NCBI GenBank assembly: GCA_029856125.1
Contig: JAHQWJ010000136.1
Span: forward strand, 1-64,000
Origin: Promethearchaeia archaeon
GTDB lineage: Archaea; Asgardarchaeota; Lokiarchaeia; Sigyniarchaeales; SOKP01
Direction of reading: 5' to 3'
Length of the DNA: 64,000 nucleotides
Below the pieces are notes generated by a model. The model saw only the letters and a program-made list of their open reading frames with translations. It was not told the DNA's origin and did no database searches. The position numbers were made by a program, and so were the translations under genes. The stretch's first letter is position 1, and every line of letters starts with the position of its first letter. Below, one piece after another: positions 1 through 10,490 of the stretch.

Positions 1-44
1 TATCTAGCAAATATTTTTATCATCTGATTTTATATCTTATTCTT

Positions 45-2099
45 ATGAAAGAATTGAATATAAAGAAAGTAATTATTCATAAATCAGGGATCTCTTATTT
101 TATTCTTGAGGGTTTGATTAAAGGAACCGGCACTTTTGAGTTAGAGTTTAAAATTGACGAAATGGATGACGTGTTAAAATCGCTCTTTGTTTTAGATACG
201 AGCGAAAAGGGTTATATTAGCTCGATTTCATACGATGCTGCTTTAGAAACATCCCAACTTTTAAAATCAATAATGCTCAATATTCCTGATAGAGGGTCTT
301 TATCGTCACTTATCACGCAGATAAAAGGAGCAGATGTTAAGTTAACCGTTGCTGGGGGAAAAACTATAGTAGGGACGATCATTGGAATTGAAGAAATAGA
401 AAAGATGAATAAAAATGAAAAAACAGTAGAAAAATTGCTAATTTTGCTCCAAGAAAATGACGAAATTTCTAAATTCAATTTTTCTGACTTCAAATCTTTT
501 GATATTCTGAATGAGGACATAAAAAAAGATCTTAAATTCTTCTTAGATACCGTTATATCAGGGAAGAAAAAAGACGCAAAAAAAATCAATATCAACTGCG
601 AATCGGGAGGGGACGATGAAGTTGAAAGGATCGTTTTTGTATATTATATCCGAGAAAGTCCAATTTGGAAAACGTCTTATCGTTTAATAATGAGCAAAGA
701 ACAAGCTCTAGAAGAAAAATGTCTCCTTTCTGGATGGAGCCTTATAGAAAACACAACTAATCAAGATTGGGAGAATGTAGAGTTATCCCTCGTAGCTGGA
801 ATGCCCGTCTCTTTCAAATACGAATTTTATCGCCCAATTTTTATACAACGCCCCGTAATACGCCCTCCGAGAGTCTTAAGCGTAAAACCTACTGAAATCG
901 AAGAAGGATTAGAAATGGAGGATTATGGGGAGTACGATTTGGATGCTGTAGAAGCCGCTCCTAGAGATATGAGGAAAAAGGCAAAAATGGGGCGGAGGGG
1001 GATGCCTCCACCTTCACCCGCACCTGCAGGAGGTGTTGGATTTAGTGGGAGAATGATGAGTGTGATGACTGATGATGCTCTTATGGACAAGGTAAAATCC
1101 CAAACGCAGGTACAAACTAAAGATTTAGGAGAACTCTTTGAATACAACATATCTAACCCAGTTACCATTAAAAGAAAACAATCTGCGTTAGTACCAATTT
1201 TAACAGAGGTAATTAAAGCGAGGCGAGTGTTGTTGTACAACAAAAACGAATACGACAAAAATCCTAACGCGTGTCTTGAGATCACAAATAATACAAATCT
1301 AACGCTTGAAAGAGGCCCTGTGACAATTATTTACGACGATAATTTAGCAGGTGAAGCCATCGTTCCTTTTCTCAACAAAGAAGACACGCGCTTGTTAAAT
1401 TATGCTGTAGAACAAGCAGTTTTAATTACACACGAAACTAAAACCGAAAGCTTAAGCGTACATAAAATTACTATAGGAAGTGGCTATTCTTACGAATATT
1501 ACTATACGAACATGATGACTACTTACAAAATCAAAAATAAAACTAACGAAGAGAAGGAACTCTATCTAGATCACCCTAAAACCCATGGTTATAATTTTAT
1601 TGAAAAACCTATTGATCCCGAAGAAACACCTAATTATTGGCGTTTTAAAATCACCTTGAAGCCCAAAGATGCTATAACTTTTAAATTAAAAGAACAAAGA
1701 GAGGATTACTCAAGCAACTACTTAAGAAATTGGTCTAGAGATGATATATTTAAGAGAGTTGGATTTTATGTTAAGCAGAAATTTATTAATGAAAAGTTGG
1801 AAACCCAATTAAAAGAGATCGCAGAATTAATCCAAGATTTAAACCAAAAGCAGAAAAAGCAATCTAAATTGGACGAAGAGAGAGACCAAATGTCTGACGA
1901 ACAATCAAGGCTCCGAGAAAATATATCTGTATTAGGAGAAGATACTCAATCCATCACTCTAAAGGAGCGGTATGTTAAAAAATTAAACGATCAAGAGAGT
2001 AGATTCGAGAAAATTTCTGTAGAGGCTAAAAAACTCAACAAAGAAATTGATTCATTAAACAAAACCATTGAAAATAAATTGAATAAACTAAAAACTTAA
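45..2099 (+). CDS. DUF4139-family protein with C-terminal coiled coil
   Basis: 684-aa ORF; motifs 'MDDVLKSL', 'WKTSYRL', 'ENTTNQDWENVELSLVAGMP', 'LFEYNISNPVTIKRKQSALVPI' typical of DUF4139 proteins; heptad-rich C-terminus. Confidence 0.7.
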   Translation: MKELNIKKVIIHKSGISYFILEGLIKGTGTFELEFKIDEMDDVLKSLFVLDTSEKGYISSISYDAALETSQLLKSIMLNIPDRGSLSSLITQIKGADVKLTVAGGKTIVGTIIGIEEIEKMNKNEKTVEKLLILLQENDEISKFNFSDFKSFDILNEDIKKDLKFFLDTVISGKKKDAKKININCESGGDDEVERIVFVYYIRESPIWKTSYRLIMSKEQALEEKCLLSGWSLIENTTNQDWENVELSLVAGMPVSFKYEFYRPIFIQRPVIRPPRVLSVKPTEIEEGLEMEDYGEYDLDAVEAAPRDMRKKAKMGRRGMPPPSPAPAGGVGFSGRMMSVMTDDALMDKVKSQTQVQTKDLGELFEYNISNPVTIKRKQSALVPILTEVIKARRVLLYNKNEYDKNPNACLEITNNTNLTLERGPVTIIYDDNLAGEAIVPFLNKEDTRLLNYAVEQAVLITHETKTESLSVHKITIGSGYSYEYYYTNMMTTYKIKNKTNEEKELYLDHPKTHGYNFIEKPIDPEETPNYWRFKITLKPKDAITFKLKEQREDYSSNYLRNWSRDDIFKRVGFYVKQKFINEKLETQLKEIAELIQDLNQKQKKQSKLDEERDQMSDEQSRLRENISVLGEDTQSITLKERYVKKLNDQESRFEKISVEAKKLNKEIDSLNKTIENKLNKLKT

Positions 2100-2222
2100 T
2101 AAAAAGTTTTAAAACTCCAATTTTTTTTTTATTACAGCAATCATTTGTTTGCTAACTCTATAAAAAAATAAATATAATACCAAAAATAAGATATAATGTT
2201 ATTATAACGATAGGTGTAAAAA

Positions 2223-2444
2223 ATGAGTATTGATGATCTTCAAGGACAAGTAGAAAAATTTAAGAGTGAAATGGACACGCTCGAAGAAGTTTGTGATACG
2301 CTTCCAGAGTGTAAAGAAGATGATGCGTGCGAAACCTGCAAAACCTACAAAAAAATTGATGCCCTTAATGTTAAAATCGAAGAATTAGAAGAAAAAATCG
2401 AATCTCTCTTGAGCGAAGATGACGACTACGACGACGACGATTAA
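2223..2444 (+). CDS. Small acidic coiled-coil protein with central four-Cys cluster
   Basis: 73 aa; upstream AGGTG SD-like motif; C-x5-C-x5-C-x2-C between two helices; Asp-rich tail. Confidence 0.6.
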   Translation: MSIDDLQGQVEKFKSEMDTLEEVCDTLPECKEDDACETCKTYKKIDALNVKIEELEEKIESLLSEDDDYDDDD

Positions 2445-2516
2445 TTCCTACATGCTTTAATTGTTATCTTTTTTATTTTTTTTTAATTTATGTTTTTATT
2501 TAGAGTCTATGCAGAT

Positions 2517-3419
2517 TTAGGAAGAAATTTCCTTTAGTTCCGCTATAGATAAATCAATTCCCTCATCAAATATTATTTTTGGTAGAAATCCAAGCATTTT
2601 TATTGCTTTACTAGGGCTTGCGTAAAATTTGTTGACATCGTAAGATCGTGGATTAGTAAATTCAACTGTGCTTTTGCTTCGAGTCTTTTTAATAATAGTG
2701 TCGGCTAATTGTTTTAATGAAATTGGAACCCCTGTAGATATGTTGAAATCGTCAAAAAGATGAGTATTCCTCTCTATTTCCTGAATACAGCCCCAAATTC
2801 CTTGAATTGTGTCATCAATATAAGTAAAATCGAAAATTTCCTCTCCTGTCCCGTTAATAATCAAATCTTCTTCGTTAAAAGCCTGTAAAATAAATTTTGG
2901 TATGACTCTATCTAAATGATCGTTTTTTCCGGTATAAACATTTGAAAATCTTAATACTCTTACTTTTAATCCATAATTCTTTGAGTATACTTTGCACAAT
3001 TCCTCTCCTGATAATTTAGAGACACCATATACGTTAATTGCATTGCGAGTTGACGATTCATTAACCGGCAAGATTGCAGACTCACCATATACCTCTCGAG
3101 AGGATCCAAATATCACCCAAGGGTAATTATTATCTGTACGTATCAGTCTTGCAGACTCGAGCACGTTAATCATTCCTCCAATATTGGTATTAACGCATTC
3201 TAAGGGATTTTCATGTGCTATTTTCACTCTACTCACTGCTGCTAAATGAATAATGCCATCTATGTCTAATATTTTGGATTGTAAAGCTGAGAAATCTCGA
3301 ACATCGTCCAATATATTATCCTTGATATCAAAATGTACAACTTCAATACCATTTTCTTCTAATAATTGCTTTAGAGCAGAACCAATGAAACCAGAGCTTC
3401 CAGTTAGTAAAATTTTCAT
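2517..3419 (-). CDS. NAD-dependent epimerase/dehydratase (extended SDR)
   Basis: TGSSGFIG Rossmann motif, HLAA, SSREVYG, YGVSK catalytic YxxxK, DFTYIDD. Confidence 0.9.
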   Translation of the reverse strand: MKILLTGSSGFIGSALKQLLEENGIEVVHFDIKDNILDDVRDFSALQSKILDIDGIIHLAAVSRVKIAHENPLECVNTNIGGMINVLESARLIRTDNNYPWVIFGSSREVYGESAILPVNESSTRNAINVYGVSKLSGEELCKVYSKNYGLKVRVLRFSNVYTGKNDHLDRVIPKFILQAFNEEDLIINGTGEEIFDFTYIDDTIQGIWGCIQEIERNTHLFDDFNISTGVPISLKQLADTIIKKTRSKSTVEFTNPRSYDVNKFYASPSKAIKMLGFLPKIIFDEGIDLSIAELKEISS

Positions 3420-3588
3420 GGTAGTATAATATAGCTTAGATTATAATTAAGATTTATCATCTTTGTCTATTTTATTGAATTAAATTAGATAATTATTTGA
3501 AAAAAAGGTTAAAAAAGAAAATTGTATTCTCTTTCTTGTATTTAATTAAATTACAAAAAAAATTATCGTAAAAGGACACGAAATTAAA

Positions 3589-4884
3589 ATGCCAGGTAAA
3601 AAATTTGAAGTTCAAGCAATAAAAGATGAAATTCTCGCAAAATTCAGCTTAAAAAATAGATATTCGTTTCTAAACAACAATTTAATGGCTATTCTTTCGA
3701 CGGAGGAATTTAATTTTTTAAAAGAAGTGCAAAGATTTTGCATGCGCTTCGAAAAGAAGAACGAAATTACACACAGCCCTGATGAGGATATCTACGACTG
3801 GATTCCTGCTTTTGGAGAAAAAGGCTATATTAGCCGCCAGCACTCGTTCGATGTTTGTGATGTGCAATACGAGCATTGGGGCTTAGCGATGGATTTAATG
3901 AGAAATATAGCTCTCGATTTTTTCGATCCGCAATTTGCTATGGGAGGAGGTGGTACCGTTTTGGCAATTAATCCGGTATACGAACATCACGAAAACGTCC
4001 CCGTGAGAATCGAAGCTCTTAAGGATTTAGTTACTGGAAAAACTCCAGGAGCCATTCTTATTACAGAACCAGAACGTGGATCTGATGCTGTGCATCAATT
4101 GACCACATGCGATGCACAGGACGACGGCAGCTTTATTTTAAATGGAGAAAAGATTTTTAATACTAATGCTCCTAAATCTAAATGGCTCGTTTCTTATGCA
4201 ACCGCCGAACAGAACAATGGAAATACGATGGCTCAATTTTTAATCGATTCCAATTGGGAAGGTTTAAAAATGGAACGTGTCAATGTTCCATGGATTCCGA
4301 AGCTTCATTTAGGTAAGGAGACGTTTACTAACTTACGAGTTCCTAAAGAGTACGTTTTAGGCGGCGTTGGAAAAGGACGGGAACACTTATTCGAAGGGCT
4401 AGTACCAGAAAGAATTTCTATTACAATGATGAGCGTTAGTGAGGCTTGGGGTGCTCTTACTTATGCTATAATCTACGCAAACAATAGAAAGCAATTCAAC
4501 CAGGAAATCCTTAAATTTCAAGGAGTCGGATTTTTACTCTCTGACTTGTGGGCAAGAACAACTAATTTATTTATAGGTCTTCTGAAATTTTGCGAATCGT
4601 ATGACGAAAAATTTGAAAAATTTGGTGGCGAGATTCCAAAGAATATCTCTCAGGCTATGGTTGCTTCTGCTAGCATGTTTAAATATCAAGCAGCAAAACT
4701 ATCCAAAAAAGTGTGTTACGAGAGTGCGAACATTATGGGTGGTGCTGGTTTGTGCGATAATACAATGATGCATGATTACCTTAACATTTCGAGAATCCAA
4801 GAAATCATAGGCGGAAGTAGACAAATTCAACAATATGTTATGTCGCTTTCACTCCGCCAATTATACAAAATGTCAGTTTCTTAG
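3589..4884 (+). CDS. Acyl-CoA dehydrogenase (paralogue 1)
   Basis: ITEPERGSD, LNGEKIFNTNA, RKQF, GGAG motifs. Confidence 0.9.
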   Translation: MPGKKFEVQAIKDEILAKFSLKNRYSFLNNNLMAILSTEEFNFLKEVQRFCMRFEKKNEITHSPDEDIYDWIPAFGEKGYISRQHSFDVCDVQYEHWGLAMDLMRNIALDFFDPQFAMGGGGTVLAINPVYEHHENVPVRIEALKDLVTGKTPGAILITEPERGSDAVHQLTTCDAQDDGSFILNGEKIFNTNAPKSKWLVSYATAEQNNGNTMAQFLIDSNWEGLKMERVNVPWIPKLHLGKETFTNLRVPKEYVLGGVGKGREHLFEGLVPERISITMMSVSEAWGALTYAIIYANNRKQFNQEILKFQGVGFLLSDLWARTTNLFIGLLKFCESYDEKFEKFGGEIPKNISQAMVASASMFKYQAAKLSKKVCYESANIMGGAGLCDNTMMHDYLNISRIQEIIGGSRQIQQYVMSLSLRQLYKMSVS

Positions 4885-4926
4885 AATCTTGAAATCTAAA
4901 AGAAGCGATAAAGCCAAACCTTCTAA

Positions 4927-4944
4927 TTTTTTTTTTTTTTTTTT
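4927..4944 (+). terminator. Oligo-T archaeal terminator
   Basis: Run of 18 T about 40 nt after the stop of the first acyl-CoA dehydrogenase. Confidence 0.45.
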
Positions 4945-5094
4945 AACGCATTAATCAAATCGATCTTTTTCAAGTTCAAAAACTAAAATTAATCATTATT
5001 CAATACTAAAAATTAAAAGGAAAAACAATATTTTTCTTAGTAAGACTATTTCTCTAGTAATTTTCAAATAGATTAAAAAATCGGAGTTAGAAAA

Positions 5095-6399
5095 ATGGAA
5101 GAAGAAAAGAAAAAAAGGTATATGACTCAAGCTATAAATGACGAAATTCTCGAAAAGTTAAGTCTAAAAAACAGGTATTCTTTTTTAAACACGAATTTAA
5201 CTGCTATTTTGGAATCAAAGGATTTTAATTTTCTAAAAAAAATTCAAAAATTCTGCATGCGGTTTGAAAAGAAGAATAACGTGACTCACGCTCCAGACGA
5301 AGATATTTACAGCTGGATACCCGCATTTGGAGCTGAAGGATACATAACAAGAGCTCACTCCTTTGAAATGTGTGATGTTAATTACGAAAATTATGGAGTA
5401 ACCGCTGAATTTATGAGGTGCTTAGCTATAGATTTTTTTGAACCCCAATTTGCGTTAGCTGGGGGCGCAACCGTGTTAGCTATTAACCCTCTTTACGAAC
5501 ATCACGAAAATATTCCTATCAGATTAGAGGTTCTAAAAAATTTCGTGATTGGAGAAGATATAGGGGCGATCTTAATCACCGAACCCGAAAGAGGTTCCGA
5601 CGCTGTGCATATGTTGACCACGTGCGACGATCAGGGCGATGGTAGTTTTCTTTTAAACGGAGAAAAGATATATAATACCAATGCTCCTAAATCAGGCCAC
5701 GTAGTTGCTTACGCTACCGCAGAAAAGAACAATGGAAATACCATGGCTCAATTTTTAATTGATACTTCGTGGGATGGTTGGAAGTGTGAACGAGTTAATA
5801 TTCCTTATGTCCCAAAAGTATGGTTGGGTAAGGAAACCTTAACAAATTTGCGAGTTCCTAAAGAGTACGTTTTAGGCGGCGTAGGTAAAGGGCGCGAACA
5901 CCTTTTCGAGGGTCTTGTCCCTGAAAGAATAGGTATTGCAATAGATTGTATCGCTCAGTGTTGGAATGCAGTTGCTCACGCTGCCATATATGTCAATAAC
6001 AGAAAGCAATTCGATCAAGTTGTATTGAAGTTTCAAGGAGTAGGTTTTCTTTTAACTGATCTTTGGGCAAGATTAACCAACGTCACGCTCGGACTTTTAA
6101 TGTTTGCTAAAAATTATGACAGTAAAATGGAAAAATTTGGAGGAAAGCTTCCTAAAAACATTTCACAAGCTTTAATCGCTTCTGCTAGTCAGTTCAAGTA
6201 TCACGCTGCTAAACTTTCAGCAGAAATTTGTTACGAAGCCGGTAACCTAATGGGAGGCGCGGGATTGTGCGATAATACCCTCATGGAAGACTTAGTAAAT
6301 ATGTCTAGAATCGCTGAAATCATAGGTGGAAGCAGACAAATCCAAAATTATGTCATGTCGATGTCGCTACGTCAAGTTTATAAGATGTCTGGTATTTAA
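5095..6399 (+). CDS. Acyl-CoA dehydrogenase (paralogue 2, tandem duplicate)
   Basis: Same motifs; colinear and highly similar to 3589..4884. Confidence 0.9.
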   Translation: MEEEKKKRYMTQAINDEILEKLSLKNRYSFLNTNLTAILESKDFNFLKKIQKFCMRFEKKNNVTHAPDEDIYSWIPAFGAEGYITRAHSFEMCDVNYENYGVTAEFMRCLAIDFFEPQFALAGGATVLAINPLYEHHENIPIRLEVLKNFVIGEDIGAILITEPERGSDAVHMLTTCDDQGDGSFLLNGEKIYNTNAPKSGHVVAYATAEKNNGNTMAQFLIDTSWDGWKCERVNIPYVPKVWLGKETLTNLRVPKEYVLGGVGKGREHLFEGLVPERIGIAIDCIAQCWNAVAHAAIYVNNRKQFDQVVLKFQGVGFLLTDLWARLTNVTLGLLMFAKNYDSKMEKFGGKLPKNISQALIASASQFKYHAAKLSAEICYEAGNLMGGAGLCDNTLMEDLVNMSRIAEIIGGSRQIQNYVMSMSLRQVYKMSGI

Positions 6400-6554
6400 A
6401 ACCGCCAATTTTTATAAATTTTACATTTTTTTTTTAATTCTTTACAATCAATATCTCTTTTTGTTCAAAACCATCTTTCTCTTTTGAATTTAATACGATA
6501 TTTACTAAAATTAGCAGATGGACGAAAAGCAAATATTGGGAGTTATAAGCGTTT

Positions 6555-7298
6555 TTACATTATCAACTTCTTAAGTCTCTTCGAAAACTTTTTGGATATT
6601 ATCAAACTCGTCTCGAATGGGCAATTTTTCTTGAACTGTATTATTGAAATATAGTTATCAATTCCTACTAAAGATAAAATCCCGTATTCTTCGAGTGATA
6701 TTAATTCACTAATTCTTGAATTCCCTATTATAAATCTACTCTCTAATAATCTTATTATCTCTGAAAGGACATTAGAGCTGAGGTATGATACGATAACTCT
6801 TCCAGTTTGAGTCAATAATGCGGATGAGATTACAAAAGAAGAAAATGTATGAAGCTCCTTAAAGACTTCAATTAAATCCTTTTGAATTTCTTCTGAAACT
6901 AACTTCTTGCTCTCAATTATTTCATCGACATTTTTCTCGAAATTTTGATATATCGAAACTTCGCCATTAAAATTATCCGTTAAGTTTTTCACGTCAAATT
7001 CGGATAGAAATTCGCTTTTAATTTCCCGTAACTGGTTTCTCAATTCTACAAGATTATCAGTTCTATCGCTAAAAAGAGCAAACATGAGCTCACTGGAGTT
7101 GGCTTTTTCTACTTCAAAGATAAACCGAAAAGGTCCAACCTCAATTTCAGATAACTCTTTTGTTTTCAAAGTTTGTTTAACAAATGAGAAAATTGCGCTT
7201 AAAAAGCTACTTGTAAGTTTTATGTCAAAAATGTCCTCATAAGCTTTATAAAAAAGTAGTTCGCCCGATGATTTCATGATGAAGATATTTTTGATCAT
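6555..7298 (-). CDS. Longin-like + roadblock-like two-domain protein
   Basis: N-term 'IKNIFIMKSSGELLFYK...LTSSFLSAIFSF' longin pattern; C-term 'VISSALLTQTGRVIVSYL' roadblock/LC7 pattern. Confidence 0.65.
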   Translation of the reverse strand: MIKNIFIMKSSGELLFYKAYEDIFDIKLTSSFLSAIFSFVKQTLKTKELSEIEVGPFRFIFEVEKANSSELMFALFSDRTDNLVELRNQLREIKSEFLSEFDVKNLTDNFNGEVSIYQNFEKNVDEIIESKKLVSEEIQKDLIEVFKELHTFSSFVISSALLTQTGRVIVSYLSSNVLSEIIRLLESRFIIGNSRISELISLEEYGILSLVGIDNYISIIQFKKNCPFETSLIISKKFSKRLKKLIM

Positions 7299-7483
7299 TG
7301 GAACTCAAAGAATATTAGGTTAATAACTCTAAAATAAAGGTTTTATATAATTTTAATAAAAGTTTAGATTTAAAAATTCTTGTATAAATCATTCTAATGA
7401 TGCAAAACCAATGAAATTACACTTTTCACTCTCCGGAACAGAAACAGATAAAATTTAGCGCTGTTGCTTTGATACTTTTTAGG

Positions 7484-8254
7484 CTAAAATCCATCAAATT
7501 TAGCCCATTCATCGTCGTCATCGACTTCCTCCTCATCCTCATAGTATACTTCAGATTTCTCTGCTTTTACGCCTTGAACTGATTCTTCTTCAAACTCGTC
7601 GATCTCATCGTCAAAACTAATAGCTTTATCTAAATCCACAGCTACTTCTCCCTCGCTCACTTGAATTTCTGGGATGGCTTCTTTCTTTACCTTTTTCTTT
7701 TCAACTAATTTGAGGTAATCGCCGTGAATTTTAATCGTAATAGGAGTTTCTTCTTGTAAGAGCCGTACCACTACTTCTTCGTTACTAGATGTATCGTGTG
7801 GCATACGCATAACTAATGCCCTTGAACCTTCGAATACACCACTTATTATTTCAACGGTATCACCCGATTCTAAATATTCGGTGACGCTTCTCGGCAATAA
7901 GACGTGTTTTAACTCACCTAAATCAATATTTTGAACGATTCTTCCTTTTATGTGGGGAATCCCTTGTACAGCAATTTGAACAGATCTTTTTTGAGGTGCT
8001 TCAAAAAATACATAACCAGGTAATAAAGGAGATACAAGCATTGCTCTAATGTCTGGAACTACGTCTAAAATTTTAAACCGGTAAAAAATTTGTCGTAATA
8101 TGTTACTTTCTTGGTTTATCGTAGTTCTCACAGCAAAAAGAGTCGTAGAAGGCTCACCCCCCTCGAGGTCATTGATTTCTGCCGCTGCAAGATCAACATC
8201 TATATTTAATTCTTCCTTTTTATTGTTTTCTGCCTGTTCCTCTTGGTCGACCAT
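7484..8254 (-). CDS. spt5: Transcription elongation factor Spt5 (NGN + KOW) with acidic N- and C-terminal tails
   Basis: 'FAVRTTINQE', 'LPGYVFFEA' NGN domain; 'GDTVEIISGVFEGSRA' KOW domain. Confidence 0.85.
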   Translation of the reverse strand: MVDQEEQAENNKKEELNIDVDLAAAEINDLEGGEPSTTLFAVRTTINQESNILRQIFYRFKILDVVPDIRAMLVSPLLPGYVFFEAPQKRSVQIAVQGIPHIKGRIVQNIDLGELKHVLLPRSVTEYLESGDTVEIISGVFEGSRALVMRMPHDTSSNEEVVVRLLQEETPITIKIHGDYLKLVEKKKVKKEAIPEIQVSEGEVAVDLDKAISFDDEIDEFEEESVQGVKAEKSEVYYEDEEEVDDDDEWAKFDGF

Positions 8255-8434
8255 ATTTCCTCACTTTTTTCTTATTTGAATTATCAAGATTTAAAATGCT
8301 TTTATATTGATTTCTCAAAAAATTAGATATTATATAAAGGAAACTCTAAATTATAAAATTTTGCTTTTTAAGGAGATTTTAGTTATGAGAGCAGGTTCCT
8401 TAAAGTTTAATCAACTTTATTGATATATTAATTA

Positions 8435-8815
8435 CTAAAATGGTATGTTATTTACGTCTAATATCTCAGGAATTCTTCGGTTTCTTTCGAGCCAGGATAT
8501 CTCCGCCCTAGTATATCTCCAAGTTATTTCGCATTTTCCTAATTTACCTTCCACTGGTGTTTCCCAATCCCACGGAGACACTATAACTAGATCCCCTTTT
8601 CTTACCCATACGCGTTTTTTAATTTTACCTCGAATTCTGCCCACTCGCTGTTTACCATCCGTACAAAATACGCCCATCCGTTCATTCCCATATATCTCAA
8701 CGACTCTCGCAAACATTTCTCCTATCCTTTTATTGGGAAATTTAACGCGCGTGACGGGTGGTGGAACATATGGCCCCTTACCTCTCTTCACTTGCTTTCC
8801 TTTTTTTTTTGCCAT
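8435..8815 (-). CDS. eif1a: Translation initiation factor aIF1A
   Basis: 'GRIRGKIKKRVWVRKGDLVIVSPWD', 'ITWRYT'; ATG at 8815 preferred over TTG at 8830. Confidence 0.92.
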   Translation of the reverse strand: MAKKKGKQVKRGKGPYVPPPVTRVKFPNKRIGEMFARVVEIYGNERMGVFCTDGKQRVGRIRGKIKKRVWVRKGDLVIVSPWDWETPVEGKLGKCEITWRYTRAEISWLERNRRIPEILDVNNIPF

Positions 8816-8836
8816 GATTTTTTCCTTCAAACAATA

Positions 8837-9172
8837 TTAGTATTTATCGTCAGGTTTATAATCTCCTTTAATAAACACGATTTTTACAGGTTTTTCAGAA
8901 TCGTTCCGAATATTATGCATTTCTTTTGGTTCCACCAAGAATACACTTCCTTCTAAGGCACCAAATTCTTCGCCATCTACGATCATAACACCATCCCCCT
9001 CAACGAAATAAAATGTTTCATCAAGTAAATTGTGTCCGTGAGCTTTTTCAGCCATTTTTTCACCAGGATTTAATAGAATTAATCCCCAATCTATACTTGG
9101 TCCACGCATTAAATATTTAACACCAGATTCTCCTCCTCTGAATTGAAAATCTTTTTCATTTACGCGTTTCAT
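8837..9172 (-). CDS. Cupin domain protein
   Basis: H-x-H-x4-E-x-F-Y and 'PKEMHNIRN' cupin motifs. Confidence 0.85.
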   Translation of the reverse strand: MKRVNEKDFQFRGGESGVKYLMRGPSIDWGLILLNPGEKMAEKAHGHNLLDETFYFVEGDGVMIVDGEEFGALEGSVFLVEPKEMHNIRNDSEKPVKIVFIKGDYKPDDKY

Positions 9173-9271
9173 TTTTTACCGACAAACCTATATCTTATTT
9201 ACTAAAAACAAATTATCTAAATTAAAATAGGTTAAAAATCTTATTAATTTAACTTCTAAGTAGGGTAATAA

Positions 9272-10459
9272 ATGATTTCAAATTTTCGATTTGCAAACGT
9301 ACCTAACATAATTTTTGGAGCTGGTAAATTTAGCGAATTATACGATATTATCGCAAATTTCGGAAAAAATGTTTTATATGTTATCGGAGGTTCATCGCTT
9401 AAGGCCTCTGGAAAGTGGGATGAAATCACAAGTGAGATGCTCAGAAGAACCATTAATTTCTATTCAATATCTATAGATGGAGAACCTACTCCAACCTTAG
9501 TTGATGAGGCCGTTAAGAAATTTCGACAGAAAAATTTAGATTTAATTATTGGAATAGGGGGTGGTAGTGTTATTGATGCTGGAAAGGCAATCTCAGCGAT
9601 GGTTCCTAAGGACGGTTCAATCAAGCAATATCTTGAAGGCGTTGGAGATAAGATACACGATGGAAAAAAAATTCCATACATCGCCATTCCTACTACTTCA
9701 GGGACAGGTAGCGAAGCAACAAAAAACGCTGTTATAACTGAGGTTGGTCCTGAAGGATTTAAAAAATCTTTACGGCACGATAATTTGATCCCGAATTATG
9801 CTCTAGTGGACCCTAAACTCGTTGTGTCCTGTCCCCCCTCAATTACTGCTGCTTGTGGGATGGATGCTTTCACACAGCTCCTAGAAGCGTACGTCTCTCC
9901 TCGTTCAAGTCCTGTTACTGACGCGTTAGCCTATAGTGGAATTAAACAAATGAAAGAAAATTTGATTTCCGTTTACAGCCATAAATCTTCAGACTTTAAT
10001 GCAAGATCTGCCATGGCCTATGGTTCTTTAATCTCCGGTATCGTTCTTGCAAACGCAGGATTGGGAATTGTCCACGGCTTAGCATCTTCAATTGGTGGAT
10101 TGTTTAATATTCCTCATGGAACAGTATGCGGAACGTTGCTTGCTGAAAGCACAAAAATGAATGTGAAGAGATTAGAGAAAATTGGTCAAGATGGTGAGCA
10201 TGGGTTAATGAAGTACGCGATAATAGGAGCATTAATCGTTGGTAAAGGTTATGAGGTAAATATGGATGCATCTTATTATTGTTCAGTGCTTATTGAAACT
10301 CTAGAAAAATGGACAGAACAATTAAATCTGGATTCATTAGGAAAATATGGAATTACACCTAAAGATGTCGAAAAGATCGTTAAAAAAACGGGATTAAAAA
10401 ATAATCCAGTTAACCTCAATCCTGAAGATATTAAAGAGATAGTAGTAAATCGTATATGA
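9272..10459 (+). CDS. Iron-containing alcohol dehydrogenase
   Basis: GGGSVID, PTTSGTGSE, GMDAFTQ, HG...PHG. Confidence 0.92.
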   Translation: MISNFRFANVPNIIFGAGKFSELYDIIANFGKNVLYVIGGSSLKASGKWDEITSEMLRRTINFYSISIDGEPTPTLVDEAVKKFRQKNLDLIIGIGGGSVIDAGKAISAMVPKDGSIKQYLEGVGDKIHDGKKIPYIAIPTTSGTGSEATKNAVITEVGPEGFKKSLRHDNLIPNYALVDPKLVVSCPPSITAACGMDAFTQLLEAYVSPRSSPVTDALAYSGIKQMKENLISVYSHKSSDFNARSAMAYGSLISGIVLANAGLGIVHGLASSIGGLFNIPHGTVCGTLLAESTKMNVKRLEKIGQDGEHGLMKYAIIGALIVGKGYEVNMDASYYCSVLIETLEKWTEQLNLDSLGKYGITPKDVEKIVKKTGLKNNPVNLNPEDIKEIVVNRI

Positions 10460-10490
10460 TTTTCTTCTTATCCAAAATATAGTTTTCGTG

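Noticed and set aside
3589-6399. Acyl-CoA dehydrogenases as inactive because the usual C-terminal catalytic Glu is Gly (IIGGS)
   Set aside because: A Glu is present at the alternative helix-G position (LVPER), as in IVD/LCAD-type enzymes, so this is an ordinary tandem paralogue pair.
7380-7480. Possible C/D-box sRNA or SECIS between spt5 and the longin gene
   Set aside because: Only a partial AUGAUG; no CUGA box or convincing stem.
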